A program made the position numbers and the translations under genes. A stretch of DNA of 64,000 nt from Breznakia sp. (lineage in GTDB: Bacteria; Bacillota_I; Bacilli_A; Erysipelotrichales; Erysipelotrichaceae). Shown here one piece after another: positions 53,260 through 62,344 of this stretch (position 1 is the stretch's first letter; each line of letters begins with the position of its first letter). Below the pieces are notes generated by a model. It saw only the letters and a program-made list of their open reading frames with translations, was not told where the DNA came from and ran no database searches. The stretch covers positions 1-64,000 of the forward strand of contig JBKEBQ010000023.1 of NCBI GenBank assembly GCA_047973225.1. The letters run 5' to 3'.

Positions 53260-56200
53260 ATGAAAAAAATTGTGAAAAGTATTATCGTGGCTTTCTTAGT
53301 TTTTTTGAGCTGTCAAGTAAGCACGAAACCCATCGTTTTCGCAAACGATGAATTAAGTCCATATCTAGCATTGGATGTTAGTTTTGAGGACTCCATAGAG
53401 GATGCATCTACCAACAATACCAAGGGAAATATTATTGGTGATGTAAAATTTGTGAAAGGTATAAAAGGTAAGGCAATTCATATTGTGAATGGAACTGAGG
53501 GAAGCAAGGACCATCACAAAGCTGTACAATATGTCGATTTCGGCAAAAGCGAAAATTTGACATTTGGAAAAGAAGACTATACATTGTCTTTTTGGCTAAA
53601 TTCTAAAGCGGATGCCGGTGATGGTGCAGCCTTACTTTCAAATAAAGATTTTTATTCAGGCTCCAATGTCGGTTTTACTGCCGGAATTTTTGGCAATGGC
53701 TTGCGTTTTAACTTTACCCCTAGTGGGGCAAGCCGTAAAGACATCAATCCAATATCAGATATAGAAACAATGCAAGCAGGATGGCATCACTATACCATTT
53801 CCATTGATCGTGGGAATAAAATAATAGCATATCGTGATGGAGAAGTTGCCAAAGATTTAGACATCAGCAATCTATCCACATCCATCAATACAGATTATAA
53901 TTTCGTATTGGGTGCATCTGGTGTATTTGAAAATGGTGTCGTAGATGCGAAAATTGATGAATTGAAAGTTTATAAAACAACGCTATCAAAACAACAAGCA
54001 CAAATGTTGCACCTTGATGGATTGGCCAACCAAACATTCCAAGATGCACAAGAAGTATATGAAACGTACAACATTTCAGCAGTAGACAAAACATTATTAG
54101 AAACACTAAAAAATAACATCGCTACTTTAGAAACTTGGTTAGATAAAACTGGCGATACAAGTAATTATGATGACATTCAAACTGCAATATCTGCAACAAA
54201 AGCTGCTCAAACAGCCGTTATCAATTCCATTGATGAAGTGCCTCAAAAAGGGCAGGTGTTGTATTTAGACTTCGAAGAAAACACAAAAGATAAATCTGGT
54301 TATCGTCATGATGGTGAAATTGTCAATACCGGTGGCGGAAGTTTCTCTTATGGCATTGGTGCTGTTGGTAAAGCCATTCGCATTCAAAGTCCAAACGCTT
54401 ATGTTGAAAGTCCTGATGGTGGTGATGCAAGCGAATATATTACATTGCCAAAATCTCAAGATTTAGATTTTGCGGATAAAGATTTTTCAATCGCTTTGTG
54501 GACAAAGGTTACAAAGGCTCCAACTGGAGGAAGTTCAAATGCTTTAATTTCAAATAAAAATTGGTACTCTGGAGGAAATAAGGGCTTTACCTTGGGAACT
54601 TTCCGCAATGGAACCACTGTTAATGTAACCGCCGAGCAAGGAGGACGCCTTGATACCAGTAGATATCTAACCGCTGATAATAATTGGCATTTTTTGGTAG
54701 TCAATGTAAATCGAAGTGAAAATGAACTAGAATTTTATATTGATAATACATTACAAGAAACCAAAGATATTAGCGCAATGCAGGGATCGATTAGTGCTAG
54801 TGGATTGCCTTGGGTGATTGGCGCATCCGGTGCTTTTTCAAACGGTGTTGAAGACGCTTATTTTGATGAAGTACGTATGTATAAAAGAATTCTTCAAGCA
54901 GATGAACAAACAGCTCTATATGAACAATTTGATGAAGTTAATCTGCTATTGAATGAATTAGAACAAGCAAAAAAAATTGTTGATGAGCAAGAACAAACAG
55001 GGCAAGCAAGTCCAAAGCGCGTGCAAGAAGCTAGAAGTGGATTTACGTATATTGAAGCATCAATTCACGATGCTGACGATCGTAAAGTAACACGCTTAAC
55101 ACGTGACTTAAATAACATTATGGATCGCTTCTATCAAACATCAAAACCGATCTTAACATTTAATACCATTACGGACACACACGTAGATCGAGGTCATGGT
55201 GAAAGCGAAAATTATGATAATTATCTTCAAGATATTCGTTGGTTAAATCCTGATAGTAAAGTCATTATGAACTCTGGTGACTTCACCAACAATGCAAGAC
55301 CAAATGAGTTTAAAACCTACTATGAAACACTTGAAAAAAATGCCATTGAAGGAAGACAATACATCAATACTTTAGGAAACCACGATGTTCGTTGGTTATG
55401 TGGAAATACCAATCCAGAATCTGCAAAAGATCCAACCATTCCAACGTGTTATCCAGACGATAAGGATGCAAATAAATGGAAAACGCAATATCTTCAATAC
55501 AATACACCATATATGGGAGACGATTGGGATGGTGAAAGTGTCTACCATAAAAAATGGGTAGATGGATATTTATTCTTATCTATCAATACTGAAAAAGATC
55601 TAAAAGATTGGGCATACTTATCCGATGAGCAATTAACTTGGTTAGACGAATCTTTAAAAGAAACAGATCCAAATAAACCAGTATTCCTTTCTTTGCATCA
55701 AATCCTTGATGGAACCGCAAATTATGAAAAAGGGGATGTAGTCGGAGAACAGGATGAAGCATTAAAAGCCGTCCTTCGTAAATATCCACATGCTGTCTTA
55801 TATACAGGTCACATTCATAGCACAGCCGATCGTGCCGATTTATACCATGGTGATTGGGGATTCATGATGGATATGGCATCATACAGCTATGCCTATACTC
55901 CAGGACAAGACAAACGTAATCAAATATCATATCAAACAGAGGTGTTTGAAGACAAGGTTGTAATTAAGGTTCGTGACCATACAAGTGGTGAATGGCTGGA
56001 TGAATATGAAAAGGAATTTTGGATTGATGATCCAGTGCCAGCGGACCCTAACATTGATACCTATGATATTGATACCAGTAAAATTAGCATTAGCACAGGC
56101 AGTAATGAACCAGATAAAATAGCAGAGAACATGCTTGATGGTGATAGCGAAACGATTTGGCATTCAAAATGGACCGGCTTAGGCAGTACACGTGATGAAA

Positions 56201-57690
56201 CATGGGTGAACATGAAATTGGATGAACCTATGGAAGTAGCAGGATTCCGTTATAAACCAAGACCTGGCGGTGGTAATGGATCCATTAAAAAGTTTGATGT
56301 GTATGTAAGTAATGATAATGGCCTTCTATACAGAAAACAAAAGAGTTATACAAAACAAGCAAGTGGTGAATTTAAAGTCGGTAATGAGAATTGGAAAATG
56401 TTTGAATTTGATCCTGTAATTGCGACTGATGTAAAAATTCAAATTCTTGAAAATAATGGCGATGGAATTTATGGTTCGGGTGCTGAAATGCGCTTAATGA
56501 AAAGTAAAACAGCAGACTTAGAAGAAAAAATAAAAACGGAAATTGCTTCTTTTGAACAACTAAATAAACTGTATTACATGCCTGCTTCTTACTTAGCGTT
56601 AAAGGATAAAATTGATCTTGCAAAACAAGCACTAAAAAACCCTAATGAACAAGAACTAAGCGAACTCCTTAGTCAAATAGAAGAAAAAACCGCCGCTTTA
56701 GAGTTACGCCCTGTCACCAACCTAAATGATAGCTACGACCTCATATACGATGAAAAAATAGCAGTGTCACCGCTTTTAACTGGCGGAATTTGGGAAGCTA
56801 GTTCTAGTGGTATTGTGGAAATTACAAATGTAGAAAAGGGATATCAACTTCATGCACAGAAAGTCGGAGAAACAACGCTCACCTATACGGCCATCAATGG
56901 CGCACAAAAAGATGTAAGTGTAAAGGTCATTGCGAACACTACTAAATTAATGGATAAAATTGCAGAGATGGAAACTTTGGATAAAGCAGCGTATACACCT
57001 GCTTCACTTGCAAAATTGCAACAACAAATAAACAAAGCAAAAACACTTTTAGAAGGCGCAAAGGATCAAGCAGACATTGAAGAAGCCATTACACAATTAG
57101 ATCAAGCAAAACAAGCTTTGATAAAACGTGCGGATAAAACTGAACTGACTTCTTTATCAGAAGATCTAAAAACATATGAAGAATCTGCGTATACACCACA
57201 CAGCTTTAACGTTTTGCAACAGCAACTAGATCGTGTTGCAAACATCCTCGTTGATGAAAATGTCACACAAGAAAATGTTGACCAATTGGTGCAAGATTTA
57301 TTAGCTGCAAAAAATACGTTAATCAAGCAAGAGCTTGTTGATCAATTAGAGGAAACATTAAATAAAGCAAAAACACATAAAGAAAAAGATTACACCAAAG
57401 CTAGTTATAAAAACCTAGCATCAGCAATGAATAATGCAAAACAAATGTTGGAAGATGTCAAAAACAGAACCCTTAATGAAGAACAAGTAATCGAGATGGA
57501 AAAATCATTAACACAAGCCATCAATGACTTGAAGATAAAGGAAACAGAAGTAACAAAACCAGACCCTGAGTCTCCCGCTGCATCGATTGATACATCGGAC
57601 ACAAGCAATTTATCAATGTTATTGATGTCCTTTATGGTTGCCGGAATCTTTCTTATCTATACAAAGAAAAAAAAGTTTATAAAAAAATAG
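53260..57690 (+). CDS. Giant secreted surface protein: 2x LamG/ConA-like lectin domains + calcineurin-like metallophosphoesterase + F5/8 type C (discoidin) + Big_2 + FIVAR repeats + C-terminal hydrophobic/KKKK tail
   Basis: Signal peptide MKKIVKSIIVAFLVFLSC. Metallophosphatase motifs TDTHVD, GDFTNN, GNHD and GHIH. Discoidin-like segment (…MLDGDSETIWHSKW…), a Big_2-like Ig domain (…TLTYTAINGAQKDVSVKV…) and FIVAR-type helical repeats. Confidence 0.6.
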   Translation: MKKIVKSIIVAFLVFLSCQVSTKPIVFANDELSPYLALDVSFEDSIEDASTNNTKGNIIGDVKFVKGIKGKAIHIVNGTEGSKDHHKAVQYVDFGKSENLTFGKEDYTLSFWLNSKADAGDGAALLSNKDFYSGSNVGFTAGIFGNGLRFNFTPSGASRKDINPISDIETMQAGWHHYTISIDRGNKIIAYRDGEVAKDLDISNLSTSINTDYNFVLGASGVFENGVVDAKIDELKVYKTTLSKQQAQMLHLDGLANQTFQDAQEVYETYNISAVDKTLLETLKNNIATLETWLDKTGDTSNYDDIQTAISATKAAQTAVINSIDEVPQKGQVLYLDFEENTKDKSGYRHDGEIVNTGGGSFSYGIGAVGKAIRIQSPNAYVESPDGGDASEYITLPKSQDLDFADKDFSIALWTKVTKAPTGGSSNALISNKNWYSGGNKGFTLGTFRNGTTVNVTAEQGGRLDTSRYLTADNNWHFLVVNVNRSENELEFYIDNTLQETKDISAMQGSISASGLPWVIGASGAFSNGVEDAYFDEVRMYKRILQADEQTALYEQFDEVNLLLNELEQAKKIVDEQEQTGQASPKRVQEARSGFTYIEASIHDADDRKVTRLTRDLNNIMDRFYQTSKPILTFNTITDTHVDRGHGESENYDNYLQDIRWLNPDSKVIMNSGDFTNNARPNEFKTYYETLEKNAIEGRQYINTLGNHDVRWLCGNTNPESAKDPTIPTCYPDDKDANKWKTQYLQYNTPYMGDDWDGESVYHKKWVDGYLFLSINTEKDLKDWAYLSDEQLTWLDESLKETDPNKPVFLSLHQILDGTANYEKGDVVGEQDEALKAVLRKYPHAVLYTGHIHSTADRADLYHGDWGFMMDMASYSYAYTPGQDKRNQISYQTEVFEDKVVIKVRDHTSGEWLDEYEKEFWIDDPVPADPNIDTYDIDTSKISISTGSNEPDKIAENMLDGDSETIWHSKWTGLGSTRDETWVNMKLDEPMEVAGFRYKPRPGGGNGSIKKFDVYVSNDNGLLYRKQKSYTKQASGEFKVGNENWKMFEFDPVIATDVKIQILENNGDGIYGSGAEMRLMKSKTADLEEKIKTEIASFEQLNKLYYMPASYLALKDKIDLAKQALKNPNEQELSELLSQIEEKTAALELRPVTNLNDSYDLIYDEKIAVSPLLTGGIWEASSSGIVEITNVEKGYQLHAQKVGETTLTYTAINGAQKDVSVKVIANTTKLMDKIAEMETLDKAAYTPASLAKLQQQINKAKTLLEGAKDQADIEEAITQLDQAKQALIKRADKTELTSLSEDLKTYEESAYTPHSFNVLQQQLDRVANILVDENVTQENVDQLVQDLLAAKNTLIKQELVDQLEETLNKAKTHKEKDYTKASYKNLASAMNNAKQMLEDVKNRTLNEEQVIEMEKSLTQAINDLKIKETEVTKPDPESPAASIDTSDTSNLSMLLMSFMVAGIFLIYTKKKKFIKK

Positions 57691-57765
57691 TTTGTTTCAA
57701 ACTATAATTTGAACCAACATTAAGGATTGTATGATTTTTATAAAGTTTAAAGTTCCTTAATAAAG

Positions 57766-57809
57766 CAAAAAAAGCAACGATCACATTTCTAATGTGTAGT
57801 TGCTTTTTT
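57766..57809. terminator. Bidirectional terminator between convergent genes
   Basis: AAAAAAGCAAC…GTTGCTTTTTT stem enclosing an inner CACATT-tct-AATGTG palindrome. Confidence 0.5.
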
Positions 57810-57831
57810 GTTATGATTTTCTTGAATTTGA

Positions 57832-58731
57832 TTATCTATTGATAGATCTGGAAATCATGGAAACACTATGGCGCATTCCACGAATTGCTTTGCTCATCGC
57901 AAAAATATTTTCAACAGGAGCTAACCCTGCATATCCGGCATCACCTATATGTTGAATATCTACACCACAAATTTTATTCTCTATTGCTATTTGTGCAATT
58001 GTTTCTGGATCACTGCTTTCTTGACTTGTACCAATTGCACTGAGCACCAACACATCTTTTTCATGTGCTCGTTTTACAATTCGCTTTAAATCCATACTGT
58101 CAAATCCTGGCACTGTTCCAACCGCAGGAACCAAAATAATATCCGCACCAGCCTCTATGAAAGCATCAAGTGTTACTACATCAATGATCTTCTCACTTGC
58201 TCCAGCACCATGCATCTTTCCTGCAATAATTAGACCTGAAAAATGTTTTTTTGCTATTTCTAATGTTTTGATGATTTCTTTATTGCTCACCCCTGTCCCA
58301 GGATTTCCTGTAAAACAAACAAAGTCAAACTTTAAGCGCTCTATTTCTTGAATGGTTTTTAAACTCGCTTGTCTTCCTTGCGAAATTTCTAAGCGTTCTT
58401 CTGCCATATTTACCGCTTCATCAACCGGCTCTAAGTTTACACCAATAGGACGGCCAACCAATGCGTGCAGTTCTTCTACTACATTTTGTTTTGTTTCTAC
58501 TAGTCCATGAATCACGGGATTGAGTACATCAAGTCCATTAAGTAAAATTAAATCTGCGCCAAACGCTCTTGCTAATTCGGCATTTGTAATGTCCTCTACA
58601 GAGGGCATTCTAAAAGTAACATTCTCACTCATAATAATACGTCCTTCACTTGCTGCAATACTTTGCTTCAACTCTTGTGCAGTCATAGACAGTATTTCTG
58701 ATGCATTACAGCTAATAAACCTTTTGTTCAT
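57832..58731 (-). CDS. Conserved hypothetical protein, probable (beta/alpha)-barrel enzyme (Gly-rich phosphate-binding-like loops FTGNPGTG, AGKMHGAG, VPAVGTVPG)
   Basis: 299 aa, with no confident family assignment. The alternating hydrophobic-strand and G-rich-loop pattern is typical of a TIM barrel. Confidence 0.3.
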   Translation of the reverse strand: MNKRFISCNASEILSMTAQELKQSIAASEGRIIMSENVTFRMPSVEDITNAELARAFGADLILLNGLDVLNPVIHGLVETKQNVVEELHALVGRPIGVNLEPVDEAVNMAEERLEISQGRQASLKTIQEIERLKFDFVCFTGNPGTGVSNKEIIKTLEIAKKHFSGLIIAGKMHGAGASEKIIDVVTLDAFIEAGADIILVPAVGTVPGFDSMDLKRIVKRAHEKDVLVLSAIGTSQESSDPETIAQIAIENKICGVDIQHIGDAGYAGLAPVENIFAMSKAIRGMRHSVSMISRSINR

Positions 58732-58987
58732 ATTCGTTCTCCTTTTAATTATTATATGTAACTTATATTCATAATAAATGACCGTCTTTTTATTGTCAAT
58801 TTTTTCAATTACATCGAAAAAAGATGCGCATCTAATTTATCAAGTGTTGCTATTTTTTCTTGCATCAACTTTTGCACTTTACGTGAATGCGTATTGTGCT
58901 CTAAAGATATAAGATATTTTTTCATTGTCTTTTTCGCTTAGCGTTTGGCTTTAGGCGATACTACATGTTTTTCTCTTAGCCATCTAT

Positions 58988-59335
58988 TTAAAGTGGAATC
59001 AGAGACTTTGATATGTAAGTCAACAAAAACAATTTCACAGAAATGTCAAGATTTGTATCTTGGAAGCCATTAATATACATATCAACAATTTTTTGCTTAT
59101 CTTCATTTGAAAAAATCGCAGCAGGTTTTCTACCTTTATTTTTGTGTCTAAATTCTTGTTTACCTTGATTTTTATAAACAATGATCAATTGATTAATCGT
59201 GCGTCTTGTACATTGTAGTTTACGCATAGCAACATTTTTATTATCATTCGTATCAACTAGTTTCTTTATTACTTCATATTTTTTTAATTCCTGCATTATT
59301 AGCTCTACCGCTCTTATAATTACCTCATCTTTCAT
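58988..59335 (-). pseudogene. Transposase N-terminal HTH fragment (IS1202/ISNCY- or IS481-like integrase N-terminus); IS remnant
   Basis: …RHKNKGRKPAAIFSNEDKQKIVDMY… matches the conserved HTH region of rve-type single-ORF transposases. It runs into non-coding sequence with no DDE domain. Confidence 0.5.
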
Positions 59336-59471
59336 AGATGGTAATCATACAACTGTATGGAGACATTATCATATGAACCACACACATGTGAATAAACTCT
59401 ATAATTCCTCCTTTTATATTTATGAAAAACTTGATATAATATAAATCATTACAACATTCTGGAGGTTATGT

Positions 59472-59876
59472 ATGCAACGATTCAAATACGCTCTATATCG
59501 CTTTATGTATGGAAGATATGGTAGCGATACTTTAAATATCACAATACTGATTACAGGTTTTTTATTAAGTCTATGCAATAGTTTGTGGTTTGGAAATACT
59601 TTTCTTCCATGGGTTTCTTTTTTATTATATTTTTTGTGTATTTATCGAATGTATTCAAAAAAGATCACCCAGCGCCGAAAAGAAAATACTAAGTTTTTAA
59701 GTTTTTTTCGCCCTCTTACTCGCAGAATAAATCTATATAAAAAACAAAAAATAGATCCTTCTCATCGTTACTTTATTTGCCCTTGCTGCAAACAAAGTAT
59801 TCGCGTACCTCGTGGTCGAGGAAAAATCGAAATTACATGCCCTTCTTGTAAACAAAAGTTCATTAAAAAATCGTAA
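59472..59876 (+). CDS. Small membrane protein with C-terminal CxxC…CxxC zinc ribbon
   Basis: 134 aa. Good -10 (TATAAT) and GGAGG RBS upstream. Two TM helices, then ICPCCKQ…ITCPSCKQ. Confidence 0.4.
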   Translation: MQRFKYALYRFMYGRYGSDTLNITILITGFLLSLCNSLWFGNTFLPWVSFLLYFLCIYRMYSKKITQRRKENTKFLSFFRPLTRRINLYKKQKIDPSHRYFICPCCKQSIRVPRGRGKIEITCPSCKQKFIKKS

Positions 59877-59906
59877 ATTAATAAAAAGCGAAAATCATTT
59901 CGCTTT

Positions 59907-60764
59907 TTATTTTTCAATAGAAATCGTATACGAAATATTGAACTCTTCATCTGGTTTTAAGTTTATCATGCCTTCGCGCTGTTCAAACGAAATATCATTT
60001 TTTTGGAAATCAGGCAATGTACACCAAGGTTCAATGCATACAAAAGGAGCTCCTTTGCTCGCTGTCCATAAAGCGAGATACGTAAATCCTTCAATGGAAA
60101 TACGAATGCTATGTCTTTTACTTTGTAAGCTTACAAATTTACTTTTCATCCCCTTAAAAATATACGTAGAAACTTTTTTAAATTCACTATAGTTAAACGC
60201 CAATTCCTTCATCTTGACCTTTTTGTAATATGGCTTTGTTTGCCCTTCAAAGATGAGTTGTTCAAGTTCTTCCACTTCTTCAAAAACAAGTTTATAATCT
60301 TCAAACATCTCTTTAGATGTAATAGGACAATTAAATCCAGGATGCAAGCCGAATCCAAATGGCATTGTTTCATTATCCTTATTTTTAATTTTGTAGTCAA
60401 TTTGAAGAGTGGAATCACACAACATATAGTGAATTTGGTATCTAAACTCGTAAGGATATACCTGCCTTGTGGCTTCATTACTACAAAGTGCAAAAGCAAT
60501 AGAGGTCTCATCCTGCTTGATACAAGTCAAATTTGAGATACGGATGAATCCATGATTTTTTAGTGCATAGATATTTCCTTTTGCTTTATATTGTTTGGTA
60601 TAGGTATTAGCTACAATCGGAAAGAGCGTCGGATTTTTACCAGTCCAAAACTGTTCGCTTCCTTGCCAAAGATAATTCACCTTTGTTTCTAAATCCTGAA
60701 AAGATAGCATTTCCCCACCTTTGCTTGTGAACGTAACTTCAAATTTTGCATTTTTTATATTCAT
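59907..60764 (-). CDS. Aldose 1-epimerase family protein (galactose mutarotase-like, LacX/YihR-type)
   Basis: 285 aa beta-sandwich mutarotase fold signature (…GFGLHPGFN…). Confidence 0.7.
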   Translation of the reverse strand: MNIKNAKFEVTFTSKGGEMLSFQDLETKVNYLWQGSEQFWTGKNPTLFPIVANTYTKQYKAKGNIYALKNHGFIRISNLTCIKQDETSIAFALCSNEATRQVYPYEFRYQIHYMLCDSTLQIDYKIKNKDNETMPFGFGLHPGFNCPITSKEMFEDYKLVFEEVEELEQLIFEGQTKPYYKKVKMKELAFNYSEFKKVSTYIFKGMKSKFVSLQSKRHSIRISIEGFTYLALWTASKGAPFVCIEPWCTLPDFQKNDISFEQREGMINLKPDEEFNISYTISIEK

Positions 60765-60966
60765 TTCTTGCTCCTTACTGATATTATAAAAATACGTTTT
60801 TTTCTATCCATGATCTTACTTTTTTTCATTTATTCTATAATTGTAACATATTTTCATTCTTTGGTTGTAGTTTGCTTGACTATCGACTGAAACTCGTTTA
60901 TTATATAGAAGTAAAGTGAAGTACTTATATCCCTTTCCTATCTTCCTACTTCACTTTACACCCCTA

Positions 60967-60997
60967 AAAAAAACAATTTCGTATTGTTTTTTTTTTT
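60967..60997. terminator. Rho-independent terminator (bidirectional A/T tracts)
   Basis: AAAAAAACAAT-ttcgt-ATTGTTTTTTTTTTT. Confidence 0.55.
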
Positions 60998-61136
60998 CAG
61001 AAACTGTTCACAACTTCTTCACCTTAGTCATTTATACTATAAACAGTTAGATAAGTTTCTTCCCTCCCCTTGATCTTCAGATCTCTTCTTATCTAACGAA
61101 ATTATAAAAAAATAATCTTCTCTTCTTGCGAGTAGA

Positions 61137-61742
61137 TTATTTTTTTATCTGCTTTTTCATTTCTCTATGCAGTTTTCTTAATTTTGACTTGCGCCCTTTT
61201 TTAGCAAAGAAAAACACCCCAACAAAACAAATTCCTAATATCGTGATATATCCATACTTTGTATCTTCATATGATTCATCACTCCACATATTCAATTGTT
61301 GTTTTTTTGCCTGTGCTTCTTTTTCATATAGACGATTTGTATATTTATAATCTCCATAAATATACTTAACTTCTGCTAAACCTTCACTCACCAAACGCTC
61401 TTGCAGCAATTGCTCATCAACAAACACCCAAGCCAATAAGCGATCGTATTTATCGCGCAAATTGCTTGTTTCATATTCTAAGCCGATACTTTTTGCATTT
61501 TTTAAAGCATCACATACATAGGCACTTGCCTGTTTCCCATAGGCTTCTTGCTGTTTGGTATATTCTGGTGCATTGATTGCTAAAAAGCGAACTTTCTCAA
61601 TCCTACCATCAACTACAAGATGCGCAGTATCCCCATCTACACAACGAGAAAAATTCACCGGTTCTATTTGTGCATTTACAGATACCATACTTATGTTAGA
61701 AACCATCAATGCTACAAACAGCATCATACTTGTTTTTTTCAT
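61137..61742 (-). CDS. Secreted thermonuclease (staphylococcal-nuclease/SNase-like) with C-terminal membrane anchor
   Basis: Signal peptide, then an SNase fold (VDGDTAHL…RFLAINAPE…) and a C-terminal TM plus basic tail. Confidence 0.8.
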   Translation of the reverse strand: MKKTSMMLFVALMVSNISMVSVNAQIEPVNFSRCVDGDTAHLVVDGRIEKVRFLAINAPEYTKQQEAYGKQASAYVCDALKNAKSIGLEYETSNLRDKYDRLLAWVFVDEQLLQERLVSEGLAEVKYIYGDYKYTNRLYEKEAQAKKQQLNMWSDESYEDTKYGYITILGICFVGVFFFAKKGRKSKLRKLHREMKKQIKK

Positions 61743-62344
61743 TTTATATCATCAAACATATCTTTGTATATCCTTTTTAATTCATTTTCTTCATCGTCGC
61801 TCATCTCTCGCTTGTTTGCATCGTGATCATCAAGGGTTCCCAAATGATAACTTGTAACATCACCATTCTTAATAACAACAACCAATGGTACAAATAAATG
61901 CGGTTTTCCTTCATCATTTTTTTTCAGTGGAAATGATGCGTTCAACAGTTTTGTTGTTTCTTCCCGCCATTTTGGATTATCAATAGCACTTTGTGCTTTG
62001 GTATCTATGTAGTAAATGGATTGTTCATTCTCTTTTGCTGCTTCATTCATGATCGGAATTGCATCTAAGCACCAAGGACAGTTTGCAAAACCAAAATATA
62101 AAATTCCTGTAAAGCTTTTATCTTTTAATACCTCATTTGCCTTTGCAAAATTCATCTCTAAAAAAACATGACCTTCGTCAGGCAAGGTTTCATAAAGGCT
62201 CATATCCGCTTTGGAACATTTATCTGCTGCATCAATGTCGCAAACAAGCGTCTTATCTGTTTGCACTTGTTTTTTCGTGCTTGGTGCACTACAAGCGCTC
62301 ACCAACAAAAGCAAGCCGAGCGCATACAATCTTCTATTTCTCAT
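61739..62344 (-). CDS. Thioredoxin-fold lipoprotein (CPWC active site; thiol-disulfide oxidoreductase-like)
   Basis: Lipobox LLVSAC, with a CxxC motif within a Trx-like fold. Confidence 0.6.
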   Translation of the reverse strand: MRNRRLYALGLLLLVSACSAPSTKKQVQTDKTLVCDIDAADKCSKADMSLYETLPDEGHVFLEMNFAKANEVLKDKSFTGILYFGFANCPWCLDAIPIMNEAAKENEQSIYYIDTKAQSAIDNPKWREETTKLLNASFPLKKNDEGKPHLFVPLVVVIKNGDVTSYHLGTLDDHDANKREMSDDEENELKRIYKDMFDDIK

